64,000 nucleotides of DNA from positions 34,224,001 through 34,288,000 of the forward strand of contig NC_043004.1 in assembly GCF_006345805.1 (NCBI RefSeq). The letters run 5' to 3'. How positions within the stretch are numbered: position 1 is the stretch's first letter; every line of letters begins with the position of its first letter. Positions 1-12,769 of the stretch are shown in pieces. The notes below the pieces were generated by a model. That model searched no databases and was not told the origin of the DNA. It worked only from the letters and a program-made list of their open reading frames with translations. Position numbers and translations under genes: made by a program. The stretch is from Octopus sinensis. Lineage: Eukaryota.

Positions 1-92
1 GGGGCAAGTTGAGTACGTTGACCCCAGTATTTAACTGGTACTTATTTTATCAACTCTGAAAGGATGAAAAGCAAAGTTGACCTCAGCAGAAT
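1..92 (-). mobile_element. SINE family A fragment (tRNA-derived)
   Basis: Matches the recurrent block gaccccagt..actggtactta..gaaaggatgaaaggcaaagtcgacctcggcggaatttgaactc seen >12 times in the window. Confidence 0.8.
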
Positions 93-484
93 TTGTATGT
101 ATGCATGTATGTATGTATGTATGCATGTATGTATGCATGTATGTATGCACACTGTGGATTTCTTTAAAGTTGCTTTCTACCAAATTCTACTTGGAAGGAA
201 TTTAACAAACTGAAACTGTACTAGAAGACATTTGTGCAATGTACTGCACTATGGCATAGAACCCAGAAAATCACGGTTGCACAGAAAACTTCTGAACCAC
301 ATGTCTCCATCTGGACCATGATCTGTATATATACATGACATAGGTATATCTATACTTATTTCTTTTTCTCTCTCTTCTTTCTGTCTCTGTCTGTTTGTCA
401 CTCTATCTCTCTCTGTTTATATATTTTTGTTACTTTTCATTTGTCTTGCTCGCTTACGTTTCTGGTGTTTGCTAAATTTTCTAG

Positions 485-500
485 AGAACAATTCTTAGAG
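485..500 (+). other. Candidate 16-nt micro-exon (EQFLE or RTILR)
   Basis: Pyrimidine tract ending ..aaattttctag, then agaacaattcttagag, then donor GAG|GTAAGA; splice signals only. Confidence 0.25.
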
Positions 501-656
501 GTAAGATCATAGCGGATCTACTTCTAGCATTAGGGTGTCCACATAGGTGGTAATCCCTCTTATATGCTTGTAATACAATTTACTGAACCTCAGTTTTTTT
601 AATATGCTAGACCACTGGTGAATTGATGTTATCAAATTAATATCCAATTTTTTCAC

Positions 657-1037
657 CCTCAACCAACCACATGGTTCCGGGTTCAGTCCCACTGCATGGC
701 ATCTTGGGCAAGTGTCTTCTACTATAGCCCTGGGCCGACCAATGCCTTGTGAGTGGATTTGGTAGACGGAAACTGAAAGAAGCCTATCGTATATATGTAT
801 ATATATATATATGTGTGTGTGTATGTGTTTGTGTGTCTGTGTTTGTCCCCCTAGCATTGCTTGACAACTGATGCTGGTGTGTTTACGTCCCCGTCACTTA
901 GAGGTTCAGCAAAAGAGACCGATAGAATAAGTACTGGGCTTACAAAGAATAAGTCCCGGGGTTGATTTGCTCGACTAAAGGTGGTGTTCCAGCATGGCCG
1001 CAGTCAAATGACTGAAACAAGTAAAAGAGTAAAGAGT
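657..1037 (+). mobile_element. SINE family B (tRNA head, core, internal TA/TG microsatellite, stem-loop tail)
   Basis: B-box ggttcagtccc, core cttgggcaagtgtcttctactatagcc..ggaaactgaaagaagcc, tail ccagcatggccgcagtcaaatgactgaaacaagtaaaagagt; about 8 near-full copies in window. Confidence 0.9.
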
Positions 1038-1689
1038 ATATATATATTTATTTTTTATGCATGTATGTCTAATGCTTATCTTAAGGACAGAGAAAATTAA
1101 ATGTGGACAGAAACTGTTATCTCATGTATTAAATCCATATTCAAATGAACGATGGTCACATCAGCCATACATATAAACCTTACGATTAAAATAACATGAT
1201 GCAACATCGTCCATAGGATTGTTATTTGTATTACATAAGAAAATGAATTTGTATAAGAAATTTTAATTATTACAGAACATCTTAATGTAATGCAGACCTC
1301 TGAAGAATTCTTGTACACAATATTCTCTGCGAATATTTACTTTCATTCTTTGTTTTGTCACATTGCTAACTTCACTTCAATTTCCTATTCTAGATGTAGC
1401 TTAAAATTAGAACTTAGTCACGGAAAAGCAAAGCAGGAAATTAATTCATTCCTGCATTTGTTAGGGATTAATTTTTAATTGAAAATGGAAAAAACAAACA
1501 AACAAACAAGCAAATTATAGAAATTACTGCTTCTTTCTCTTTATTTTCATTCCATGCAGTGTTGCACATTAGTCCATCATTGGAGAAGAGACAATATGTG
1601 TCTCTAGGTATACAACTCACCTCAATCATTTAAAGATAGTTTCTACTTTCCAATGGAATGTGCCTCAGTAATTTGAAGGTTTACCACAT

Positions 1690-1990
1690 CTGAGTATGTC
1701 AGATGCAGCAAACTTTCTGTTGTCTTATAATATTCTTTGTACTGCATATTGAGCAAGACTTAACAGCAACATCAGCGAAACAAAAAGGGAAGATCAAAGT
1801 GAGGCTTAACATGGCTTCAGCTAATCTGCAAAGTTGAGACTAAAACCGGACTTTATAGAAACAATGTCAAATCTGTTTTAATGTGTTCTTTCATGATAAT
1901 TCTTTGAGAATCACAAAGAAATTGTCAAAGAAAGCTTTTGATAAACTGATGATGTAATAGAAAGACCAAAACGATCAAATATCCTTTCCA
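1690..1990 (+). mobile_element. Degenerate RTE-type LINE RT fragment
   Basis: Frameshifted peptides GKIKVRLNMASA and TKTGLYRNNVKSVLM resemble RTE RT motifs (IK.RI..A..; TK.RIF.SNVKSVLLYG). Confidence 0.5.
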
Positions 1991-2649
1991 AGCCACAAGC
2001 TCGTAAGGCTAGTTTCCCAGATTCTGTGGTGTATTACACCCCCTGGACAAGACACTACCCCATTGCAGAATTAATCATTTTCATCGACGGATTGGACTGG
2101 AACAATGTGAAATGTTCAGCTCAAGTAAATAATGCACCACCTGGCCCAGGAATTGAAACCTCATGAGTGCAACACCCCTAACCACTAAACCAATTTCTTC
2201 CATGATGATGTTTATGAACAAATACACACACATACACACATGCAAAAACAAACACATTCGTTCATTCATATATTTTTGCACTGTTCCAGAATTTTGATTA
2301 TTTACCATTTATTCTTTTAATGCCTTTTTATTGGTGGAATCCTGGTTGTGATGGTTCGTTAAAACACTCCCATGTTATGAGTCTTACATGGGAACATTTG
2401 TTCTGTATTCTGTTGTGTCTGGGGAGAGTCATTTTCTCATAACTTAAAGCTTCATCTCGAAAGATAACAATGCGAAGCAAATATATTTGAGAAGGTGCAG
2501 GCATGGCTGTGTGGTTAAGAAGCTTGCTTCCCAATTATGTGGCTTTAGGTTCAACCCCATGGTGTAGCACTGAGCAAGTGTCTTCTTACAATTGCTCTGG
2601 GACAAACAAAGATTTGCAAGTGATTTGGTGCAATTAAAACATGCCTATC

Positions 2650-2680
<31 letters not shown>

Positions 2681-2870
2681 TGTATGTATGTACATATGCA
2701 TGTATGTATGTATGTATGAATGTATGTATGTATGTATGTGTGTGCATGTGTATGCATGTATGCATTTATGTATGTATACATGTATGCATGTATGTAAGTA
2801 TGTATGTATGTATGCATGTATGCATGTATGTATGTATGTATTTATATATGTATGTATGTATGTATGTCCA
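2650..2870. repeat. (TATG)n microsatellite
   Basis: Direct reading. Confidence 0.95.
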
Positions 2871-2939
2871 ACATTCACCATGATAGATCGCTAGCCACTA
2901 AACCTTTTCTATTTTCTCTCCCTGTTTATTTCTGTGTTC

Positions 2940-2975
2940 CTTTCTGTCAAAGAGCATAGGCTCGAAATGTAAAAG
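2940..2975 (+). ncRNA. Hammerhead ribozyme relic (minimal type I) in Penelope-like terminus
   Basis: cttt-CTGTCAA-a-gagc/atag/gctc-GAAA-tgt-a-aaag: stems I and II pair; core has A6>T and G8>A. Confidence 0.55.
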
Positions 2976-3517
2976 ACTTTTTCACATCCCAAGCGTTAAA
3001 CTAATACATCTGTTTGTTGTTTACACACTCGCCTTCGTCTTTTGTTTTGGTTTTTTTTTTTTGTAAATTCTCACTATGTATGTTTGTATATAAAAGGTTA
3101 ACAGATTTAGAGGTTGGAATAACCATCTAAGGGAAAAAAGTACCCGTTATAATACCAGTATAATTACCTATGTTAACCCTAGCTATACATATGCTAGCAT
3201 ATTATGTTCATAGGTTACAGGCAATGACAAAGATGAATATGAGTTTATCAGGAATCAAATTTCTGTTTACTTTAAATTACAGTAGTATATGGGTTCATAA
3301 AATCATGTGGCTATCACAGAATGCTCCTCTGATGAATTTGGCTATCAGACCACATAGTCACCCAACACAGGGGAGTATATTGCATCCTAAGGATGACAAC
3401 TAACTAAATAAATATATTCACCTCTCATACCTCCTAACATTTTATGGTTTGTGTGTGTGTGTGTGTGTGTGTGTGTACATGTGTATGTCTGAGTCTTTAT
3501 TTACATATTCTCCAAAG

Positions 3518-3583
3518 ATCCCCAGCTACATTGTCACTTCATCAGCTGGTTTTATAAGTTTTGAAGAGGTGAAAAAACAACAG
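3518..3583 (+). other. Candidate 66-nt exon IPSYIVTSSAGFISFEEVKKQQ (phase 0-0)
   Basis: Acceptor ..tattctccaaag and consensus donor CAG|GTAAGT; only one open frame. Could instead be a LINE RT relic (FEEVKK..KKAG). Confidence 0.3.
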
Positions 3584-4286
3584 GTAAGTATTATCAAAAA
3601 AGCAGGACTTCTGTTAGTATGAAAACCCAGGCATAAAGATGAACAAACTTTTTATTTCCATTCTACTGATTTCTTGTCAACTAAATATTTCATCGATGTA
3701 TTTACCTTAGCTTTTCTTATAGAGATGTTTAGCAATATTTTATTGAATCTTGTTGATTTTCTTTCTATTTTTCATGAAAATTCTTGAGTCTTTGCATGAC
3801 AGAATAATGAAATCAACAAAAACGGTCAACACAATGCTTTCAAAACCTTACATTGCTAACAGTACTTCCTTGTTTTATTAGATTCAGCTTTTGTTTCATC
3901 TTCTATGATTTAATAAAATATCTAATACAGCTTTCCTGAAAGCGTTTCTGTGGAACCCCAGAGTTCTGTGAAAAATATTCTGGTGATCCATGAAATAAGA
4001 TGATTTTTAATAGAATTTAATAAAAATTTGTTTCATAAAAAAACATATTCTCCATAATTTCTTATTTGTTGCTGTTGTTGTTGTTTAACATAAATAAATT
4101 CTCTCCCTAAAACAATTTCCATTTTATCTAACCATCATCATCTTCATTATCATCATCGTTTTGACATCCACTTTTTTATGCTTGCATGGATCAGACAAAA
4201 TTTATTGAGGTAGGTTTTCTATGGCCAAGTGTTTTTCTTGTCACTAGCACTCTTCTGTTTCCATGCACTTGCAAAGACTTGTTGAG

Positions 4287-4600
4287 TCAAGTGAAATCAT
4301 CGTTGTGGCTGATGACAGTACTGCCTGATTGATACCCATGCCGGTGGCACATAAAAAGCACCATTCGAGCGTGTTCGATGTCAGTGCTGCTTGACTGGCT
4401 CTCATGCCAGTGGCACATAAAAAGCACCCACTACACTCTCGGAGTGTTTGGCATTAGTAAGGACATCCAGTTGTAGAAACTCTGCCAGATCAGATTGGAG
4501 CATGGTGCAGCCTTCTGGCTTGCCATCCCTCAGTTAAACCATCCAACCCATGCTAGCATGGAAAATGGACGTTAAATGACAATGATGATGATGATGATGA
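4287..4600 (+). mobile_element. RTE LINE 3' UTR copy (5'-truncated)
   Basis: ggcacataaaaagcacc units, ..ccaacccatgctagcatggaaa.. and (GAT)n tail; same sequence follows an RTE ORF end at 35135-35800. Confidence 0.8.
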
Positions 4601-5761
4601 TGGCCAGCCTTGTTTTTGCAGATATCATAAATGAATAATCTTGCTTGCATGGTAGTGTCACTCATTTACATCTGTCATGATGTCAAGGAAAGGAGACATA
4701 CACATGCATGCATACACATACATTGGGCTTCTCCCAGTTTCCACCTTCCGAATTCACTTATAAGATTTTGGTCAGTTCAAGGCTATGGTGGAAGACACTT
4801 GCCCATAGTGCCATGCAGTGGAAATGAACCTGGAATAATGTAATTGGGAAGCAAATTTGTTACCCACATAGCATTCTTAGAGCAGCAAGGGTTGTCCTTA
4901 AAATACAGAAATTGGTTCCGTGATTGATTGGAGAATGGCATATAGGCTTTACAATGAAATAAGTCTGAGGACCACTAATGCCATGTGCTGTATTTTCTAA
5001 AATATCAGTTGCCTACGTCTACCTTTAAAATTTAAAAAAGGAGCGCTTATCTAACTAAATGAAAGTATTTTATCATATTTGTTAAAAATCAATTTCAGAG
5101 TTGAATAAATTTAGAAAATGTTTTCCTCTGGTTCCCTCTCTATGTTCTGCTAAATTAGTAAACTCAAATATTCCACAACTTAATACAACACCGAAGTGAA
5201 TTTAGCAAGGCAGAAAGCAAAATAAAAAAAAAAAACAAGAAAATAAATGAAAAAAAATAAAGGAAAAATAAGAAAAGAAGAGAAAAGCTGTGCTGCTGCC
5301 AAGCTTCAATTAATAAACAATGTTATCCTTGCAGTAATCTGTAGAGATGGAGATAATGTTTTATAAATCTGTAAAATAAAAGAAACGAATGAAGAAAAGA
5401 CAATTGATTTCAAGTAGAAATTTGAAGGAGGAGAAGAAATCAATGAATAAAAATGGTTTTTGCTTGTTTTCATTTTTCTGAATTAGATGTGTGAACAGTT
5501 ATCGCAGAATGAGGAAAATGTTTTCATATTCTTATTCATTCAATGAACGAGTAGTTAGTTTTATTTCTTTGTCTGTTGATGTGTCGTGTTTTTTTTTTTT
5601 TTTATTTTATTTTTATTTGTAGAATACATGTATTCTAGAAAAAGAAAATCAATTAAATGAAGATAGCCCTCCAAAAATATCACATAATGCAAAATACAAA
5701 ATATAAACTGCTGTACAAGATGTTTAAGTACTGAAATAATTGGTTAAAAAAAGGATTTTAC

Positions 5762-5808
<47 letters not shown>

Positions 5809-6667
5809 GAATGAATGAATTAGTTAAATAACAGACATAGAAAAGTGAAAGAATCAACAGAAGCATTCTTCAAGAGACATTTAGTGCACAGTCTGGGAAA
5901 CTCTCAAATACAATTGTTTTGTTCAGAGACAGTGATGTGTTATCCTAGAAGAAGAAAATTATTCTCATTGTTATCAATTTTTGAGGAATTCTAATGACAT
6001 TCCCCTTTCTAATATAATTGTCTATACTATTTTTTTTTGTTTTTGCTTTTTATATAGTTTCTACCGTTCTGACTTGTTAACTTAACGATCTATCATTTCA
6101 TTTACGATGTTAAAAACGATTAGCAAAAAGAAAAAAGAAAAAAAGATATTAGTTAAAATATAACTAAACTATATCACAACATCAGCAGAACAACAACAAT
6201 AATTAAAAGTGTGAAACCACCTGTGCTTTATTGGCCACAAGGGCAACAAAAGATGCAACATTATGCAGAGGAATTGCAAAAATTCTAAGTGTAATAATGG
6301 TTTCAAATTTCAGGGTTGGGGGTAAGATGAGTTCATCACCCCCAGCGTGCAACTGATACTTATCACATAGACCCTGAAAGTATGAAAAGCAAAGTCAACC
6401 TTGATGGGATTTGAACTCAGAATGTAGGGAGAGTTGAAATGCTGCTAAGCATTTTGCTTGGTGGGGTAACAATATCACCAGCTCACTGTCTTCATTCTAA
6501 TTGTAATATGGAACCCAGGAGACTAAAAACAAATTTACACTGAGGTGGGTTTGAACTCAGGATATGAAGAGCCTGAACAAATACCATGAGGCACTTTTTC
6601 TGAAGATTCTGACAATCCATTGGAATCATCCTCATCATTTAATGTACGTTTTATGATAATGATGATT

Positions 6668-6701
<34 letters not shown>

Positions 6702-6859
6702 CAATTCCAATGTATTTATTAGAATCTTCAGAAAAACTGCCTTCTGGTGTTTGTTTTTTGGAACAGTAATAATGATGATCAAAAAATTTGATTACTTTGT
6801 GTGTGTAAATATATATATATATATATCTGTTAGGATGTGAAAAACAAAGCAGTCAATTT

Positions 6860-6953
6860 TTGCCCAGATGAAGTTTTTGCTTTTTCAAATTCTTAAAGCA
6901 ATTTAATTGCATAAATATGGACTTAGGTAATAAACCGAAACGTGCATAGGCAA
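6860..6953 (+). ncRNA. Hammerhead ribozyme relic
   Basis: ttgcc-CAGATGA-[long stem II region]-cc-GAAA-cgtgcat-a-ggcaa: stem I ttgcc/ggcaa is perfect; core U4>A; AATAAA downstream. Confidence 0.5.
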
Positions 6954-7237
6954 CATGAATTCACTGTTATAATAAAGACATTGATTATATTGTGTATGTA
7001 TTCTCTGTTTTCTTTGTATTGTTAAACTTTTCTCCTATATTGAAAATATGGAAACATCTATAGTGACAACTGGAATTTCAAAAAGTCTAAGGTGCTAATA
7101 TCGAAGAAGAACCAGTGATAAACACTAGTACTTAAGCACATGTGTCATTTCCTATATCACTAATTGGTGTAGAACTAAATTGGTGTGCGCTTGGATAAAT
7201 ATCTCTCAGAAAGAACAATCCATTTCCACACATACTA

Positions 7238-7278
<41 letters not shown>

Positions 7279-7429
7279 CGTGTGTGTGTGTGTGTGTGTG
7301 TACACACATATATATACATTAGTAGTCAGTCAAGAAGTGAGAGTGAAAGAGAGAGAGAATTCTTTCTCTATGTATATCCATGAATAAATGAATGAACATG
7401 TGCAAGTACAGGTGATGAATTATGCTGCT

Positions 7430-7640
7430 ATATGAGAAGGAAGGTCAGATAACCAAGAATTTCTGAGTATACTTGGCAACACGTGTTCCAGTAGTAATTG
7501 ATGCACTTGGCACAACACCCAAAATGCTATCAAAAATACTGAAAGAAATTGGAATTGAAACTCACACTGTCAACCGGCAGAAAAAGTACCATCCTATATT
7601 CTGCAAATATCCTAAATAAGATTCCTTAGAACTGAGGGGA
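7430..7640 (+). mobile_element. Degenerate restriction-like-endonuclease non-LTR retrotransposon C-terminus
   Basis: TRVPVVIDALGTTPKMLSKILKEIGIET..QKK resembles PV(V/I)(V/I)GALG..QK.ALL end of R4/NeSL-type ORFs and the copy at 25936. Confidence 0.6.
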
Positions 7641-7709
7641 TTCGTCACCAAACCTCATGATAAAATATTTGCTTATTAAATTAGCATGCACTAGTTAGTA
7701 ATAATAGAT

Positions 7710-8054
7710 AACAAGAGCACTCAGGGAATGCAACCCTCCACCAAGGCAACACCGACGTCCTCTCAACGATTAGCCAGAGATAATTTTTAAAATGATAATA
7801 TCTGAAATAAACTCAACTGCTCTCACAAACGAGAATACCAAAAATGAACCTAACCACTCTCAAAAATAATCCTGAATCCTTGTCTGGTACTGGATCAATC
7901 CCAAAATCTAATCAGTTTGTGCCAGTCATGAGGCTAAACATCCATGAAAGTTTCATCCAAATCCATTCAGCAGTTCTTGAGATATCTTGTCCATGGACAA
8001 ACAAACAAACACGACTGAAAACAATACCCCTGCCTTTGCTAAGGCAGAGGTAAT
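7710..8054 (+). mobile_element. Helentron-associated (HINE/DINE-1/Pearl-like) non-autonomous element
   Basis: Starts acaagagcactc, contains catccaaatcc..gagatat, (ACAA)n, and 3' stem-loop ctgcctt-tgct-aaggcag followed by aggtaa. Confidence 0.55.
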
Positions 8055-8959
8055 GATAACTCATAATACTCACGGAAATTTCGCTATAAATACAAAATCT
8101 TTTAGATTGTTCTAAGTTTTAGTGTTCCTTTATAAACTGCATATTCTGTATTATTTTCATTTAAAAACACCATTCAGTTCTTCTGGATAATTGAGGGAGT
8201 ATGACTTACCCATTCTCTCAGCAGTTCAGGGGTTCTATTTTGATGCTCTCTCTCTCTCTCTCTGATTTTCCTTTTATATTCTAGCTTTGACACATTCCCC
8301 TATCTGTTGTAAATACTCACTCTATACTCTTTGATTCATATTTTCCCTCCTACACATCAATGCTCCCATGCTTATTCTGGTGATTCAAACCTCTGCTTCT
8401 CTTAACGTCATTGCCTTTTGTTAGCTTATATCGTCTGTCGTCCATAGTTTATAAACAAATATTAATTTTTGAGTGAGCAGATGATCAATAATAGCAGGTA
8501 TGCCCATGCATTAAGTGGTGGGTGATATAAAAAATTAGTTCAATTAAAATAAAACTTCATTCTTCACTATCCACTCACCACCACCACAACCACTACCATA
8601 TCTCTCTCTCTACTTTCTCTCTCTCTTTCTCTGTCTTTCTTTAACTCACCATCAGAACGTCACCCCTCTACTAACATTGTATTTTTAACTCTCTTTCTCT
8701 ACATCACTACCTCCAAGATACAATAATGCAATGGAGGAAAACAAAAACAACCACTACTACTGCTGCTGCTGCTACTGCTGCTAATGATGATGATGATGAT
8801 GAAGGTGTAAGTGAGGATGAGGAGGATGAGAATGAATAGGAAGGGGGAGTAGAGGAGGTGTTTAAGGAGTAGGATGATAATGATGATGAGGAGGATAGAA
8901 TTATGATTTGTAGCTATTACAATTATAGCTGCTATTATCATTAAGGAAGTGGACTGACA

Positions 8960-9350
8960 GAACCATTTTAGCCTTGAATGTCTCCAGAGAAGTCTTCTTG
9001 ACAGATAGAGGCAAAAACTATTGTCTTGACTATTGTACTTTCAAAAGTGAAGACTTGATCAAATCAGAGGCTGAAACTAGCAGCCATACCTCTGACTATT
9101 TATTTGTGCCCCAGATTCTAGAGCAAAAAAAAAACACAAAAGTAACAATAAAACACATCAGAAACAATGTAGATCTATGGCCTGGCATCAATTGTAATAT
9201 AGGAAAGTGGTTAAAGCACAGCAAACTTTGGGTGACGTGTGTCAGGTAACATCAAAATAGATTATCGAGGATCCTGATGGTCATTGGGCCATAACAGAAT
9301 TGTACCCGGCTGAAGGTAACAAGATGAAAGGGTATGAGATTGATGGTACA
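8960..9350 (+). mobile_element. Degenerate RTE LINE 3' ORF fragment
   Basis: KLWVTCVR and HWAITELYPAEGNKMKG resemble RWAGHV.R..W...ITEW.PR..KR.RG. Confidence 0.5.
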
Positions 9351-10207
9351 GTTAAATGAGCCTCTTTGCTGCTTTTGTTGTAGTACAAATCACTTCAAGG
9401 CTGATTGCTTCAAAGAATTGGAAAAACTGAAATAGCAACAAGAACAACAAATCAGTTTTTTTATAGCACAATCAAGCAAACTCTGGGGAATGGTAAATCT
9501 CTTTATACTGAGTATCTGAAAAAAACCCCAGTTACAATGACCCAAACAGGTAGGCTTCAGAATATAAACAACATGTAAAAGATAAGTTATTAGTAAAATT
9601 AAAAGACATTACATTGCACATACAAGCGAACACCCCGAATACATTGATGTTTTTCAACACCAAATGATTCAAAAAGTGCTTACTGGTGCATTTGGCTGCA
9701 TTTGTACATAATTCAAAACATGGTTAATTAAATCATGGGTTACCCTAACTCAACATAAATCTCTCATATTTTATTTCCTTTCAATCACTTGTTTTAATTA
9801 TTGTGTTTTATTACACTTTTTTATTTTTGTACAAATACATGTACTTTTAAAATTTTAATATTCCCTTCCATTATTATATAACATTTCTCATCTCTTCTTT
9901 TCATATTTCTAAGCTTGTCTTTCACATTCCACTTTTCTTTTTCTTCATTTGTAATCTGTGTAAAAATTTCAATTTTTTTCTTTTTTGTATTTCTTCGATC
10001 CATTGTCACCCTTGGTGGCGAACTAGCAGAATCCTTACCATACCAGGAAAAATGCCTAGAAGCACTTTGTCTTTCTTTACATCCTGAATTCAAATTCTGA
10101 CAAGTTTGGTTTTGTCTTTCATTCCTTCAGCTGAGTTTTGGAGTTGATGTGATTGACTCGCCCCCCTCCCCCACCCCTGAAATTGCTGGCTTTGTGCCGA
10201 AATTTCA

Positions 10208-10314
10208 AATCATCATCTTCATCATCATCATCATCCTCATCATCATCATCATCACCATCTTCCTCCTCCTTCTCCTCCTCCTCCTCATCATCATCATCAT
10301 TATTATCATTATTA

Positions 10315-10366
<52 letters not shown>

Positions 10367-10404
10367 CATTATCATCATCATCATCATCATCATCATTAGT
10401 ATTA

Positions 10405-10442
<38 letters not shown>

Positions 10443-10470
10443 ATTATTATTATTATTATCATCATCATCA

Positions 10471-10538
<68 letters not shown>

Positions 10539-10540
10539 AG
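10208..10540. repeat. Compound trinucleotide array (ATC/CTC/ATT)n
   Basis: Direct reading; source of poly-I/L/S ORFs. Confidence 0.95.
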
Positions 10541-11189
10541 TAGTGTCTGCTGTAGAAGTGAATATAGCAAATAAGCGTTTACTGAAATACTCCTTCTTAT
10601 TACTGAGATGATTTAACCAGCTTTTAAATTAGATTTAGCAGCTGCTAGTGGGAAGTGAGTGAGTGTGAAGACTATTTGAACTTAATTGGTCTTGTCAGCT
10701 ATTGTCATATTTCATTGATATTTGTTGATATTCGGGATTGGAAAAAATGTACAATTTCCCGCAAATTGTATTTCATGCTGTTTTACTGTAAAAGCTGAGC
10801 TGATTGAATCCAAACTACCATAGTGTTGCTAGTTCACATCCTGCCATAAGCACTGTCCACTTTCCATGGACAAACAAATTGGTTTTCTTTACTTAGCTGG
10901 AAATAAGAAAAACAGGGAAGTGTTTAAGATTTTCTTTTTAGATGCAGGCATGGGTGCATGGTGAAGAAGTTTACTTTGCAATCACCTGGTTTTCAGTCCA
11001 CTTACTCTGTGTGGTACCTTGGGGTACTTTGGGCATGTTTCTTCTATGATAGCTCTTGTTTTGAGAATGAATTTGGTAGATAGAAATTGTGTGGATGCAC
11101 ATCTGTGTGTATGTGTGTATATATATATGTGTATACATATGCACATATACACACATATGTATATATACACACACACGTGTATATATCCA

Positions 11190-11225
<36 letters not shown>

Positions 11226-11255
11226 TAGATAGAGAGTAATATGCTTATGTTTATA

Positions 11256-12123
11256 CGAGGTCTGATCAATAAGTAACCAGACTGTTGCCATAGTAACGAA
11301 GCTATGGCACGCAGAGTAAAGCTGCTTGGCAAAAATTGGCCTTAAACTTTGTTGTGCGTGCACACTAAGTTTTAATGTTCTAGCTCACTTCTGCTGTTTA
11401 TAGCAATGCTTAGAAGGAACGTGTGTGGAGTGTGATCGTCACATTGACAATGCCAGAGAAAGAGGATTATGCAAAGTTTCAGAAAGTGTATGGAGAGGAA
11501 TGTATGAACCACACACAAGTGTACGAGTGGTTCAGACGTTTCCAAGATGACTGAGAAAATGTCGATATTGACGAACGTTCTGGGAGACCCACTGCCAGCA
11601 GAAGTGAGACAAAACATAGCAGATGTGCCTGCAGCTGCGAGGGGAAATTGTTGAATCACTATCCACAAGTTATCAGAGGATGTACAGATTAGTTTCGGTT
11701 TAATTCAGTCCATTATCACTGAAGATTTGGGTATGAGATACGTGTCTGCCAAGTTTCTGCGAAAACCGCTTTCAGATGACCAAAAAGACACTCGGGTTTC
11801 AGTTGCACAAAATTTCCTTGATTCTGTTGAAAATGATGAAAACTGTTTGGAAACTTTGTGTAGGCATTTGAGTAGGAATCGCCAGACTTTCGACAAAATT
11901 TGATGCTGATTCTTTTCTCAACTTCCTTCTCTGTTATGGTCAATGCAACAATCACACACAACACACCTTCCTTCGAAGCACTACTGTAAATATGGAAATG
12001 AGCTAGAATGTTAAAACTTAGTGTGCATGCACAACAGCATTCATGTGTGCCAAGCGGCTTTATGCTGCATGCTTTAACTTCGTTACTATGGCAACAGTGC
12101 AGATACTTATTGGTCAGATCCCA
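11256..12123 (+). mobile_element. Mariner-derived fold-back element made of two inverted 5' ends
   Basis: TA-flanked; left part encodes QKVYGEECMNHTQVYEWFRRF..DERSGRP..LGMRYVSAKF (mariner HTH region); 11850-12123 is an inverted copy of the 5' end with EKRISIKFCRKSG. Confidence 0.9.
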
Positions 12124-12155
12124 TATATATATGTAGTTACGTGTATGTGTGTGTG

Positions 12156-12159
<4 letters not shown>

Positions 12160-12205
<46 letters not shown>

Positions 12206-12208
12206 TAC

Positions 12209-12292
<84 letters not shown>

Positions 12293-12310
12293 ATAGATGG
12301 GTAGATAGAT
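12160..12310. repeat. (AT)n + (GATA)n microsatellite
   Basis: Direct reading. Confidence 0.95.
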
Positions 12311-12559
12311 AGATAGATGTGTTCATATATATATATAATGTAATTTAAGTATGTGTGCATATATATAAATAGGTAACTGTGTGTGTGTGCGTGTGTTTTT
12401 GGTGGATCATCATAATTGAGGTATTCCCTGCCCGGACTAGGTGCCCCATTATTTCCTTGGTACTTTATTTAACAATGCTCCAGTTTTCTCAGCTGAAAAT
12501 GAGTACCAGCTGAGTACTAGTTCTGCCTTTTTTTTTCCAGCTGTTACATCGAATATATA

Positions 12560-12723
12560 CCACTGAGCCAAGTGAAAGAGAGAGAAACCCAAAAAGGTGT
12601 TTATATCTGCTCACAACTATGCAAGCACCTAAAACAATTAGCTTATACATGATATGACTTACCATCACATGCTGCTGTGGATTTGTTTCCTTGTGTGGAG
12701 AAGAATATAAATTGTGAGTCAGC
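12560..12723 (-). repeat. 164-bp inverted duplication, arm A (pairs with 15473-15636)
   Basis: Manual alignment: 8 mismatches in 164 nt, no gaps; no other copy seen in window. Confidence 0.9.
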
Positions 12724-12769
12724 AAATTGTATTAGGGCATTTGGTGGTGGGGTCCTCTAAGAGTGGCCT

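Noticed and set aside
10834-10896. Minus-strand acceptor with short frame LSKENQFVCPWKVDSAYGRM*
   Set aside because: Isolated signal; no coherent minus-strand gene model
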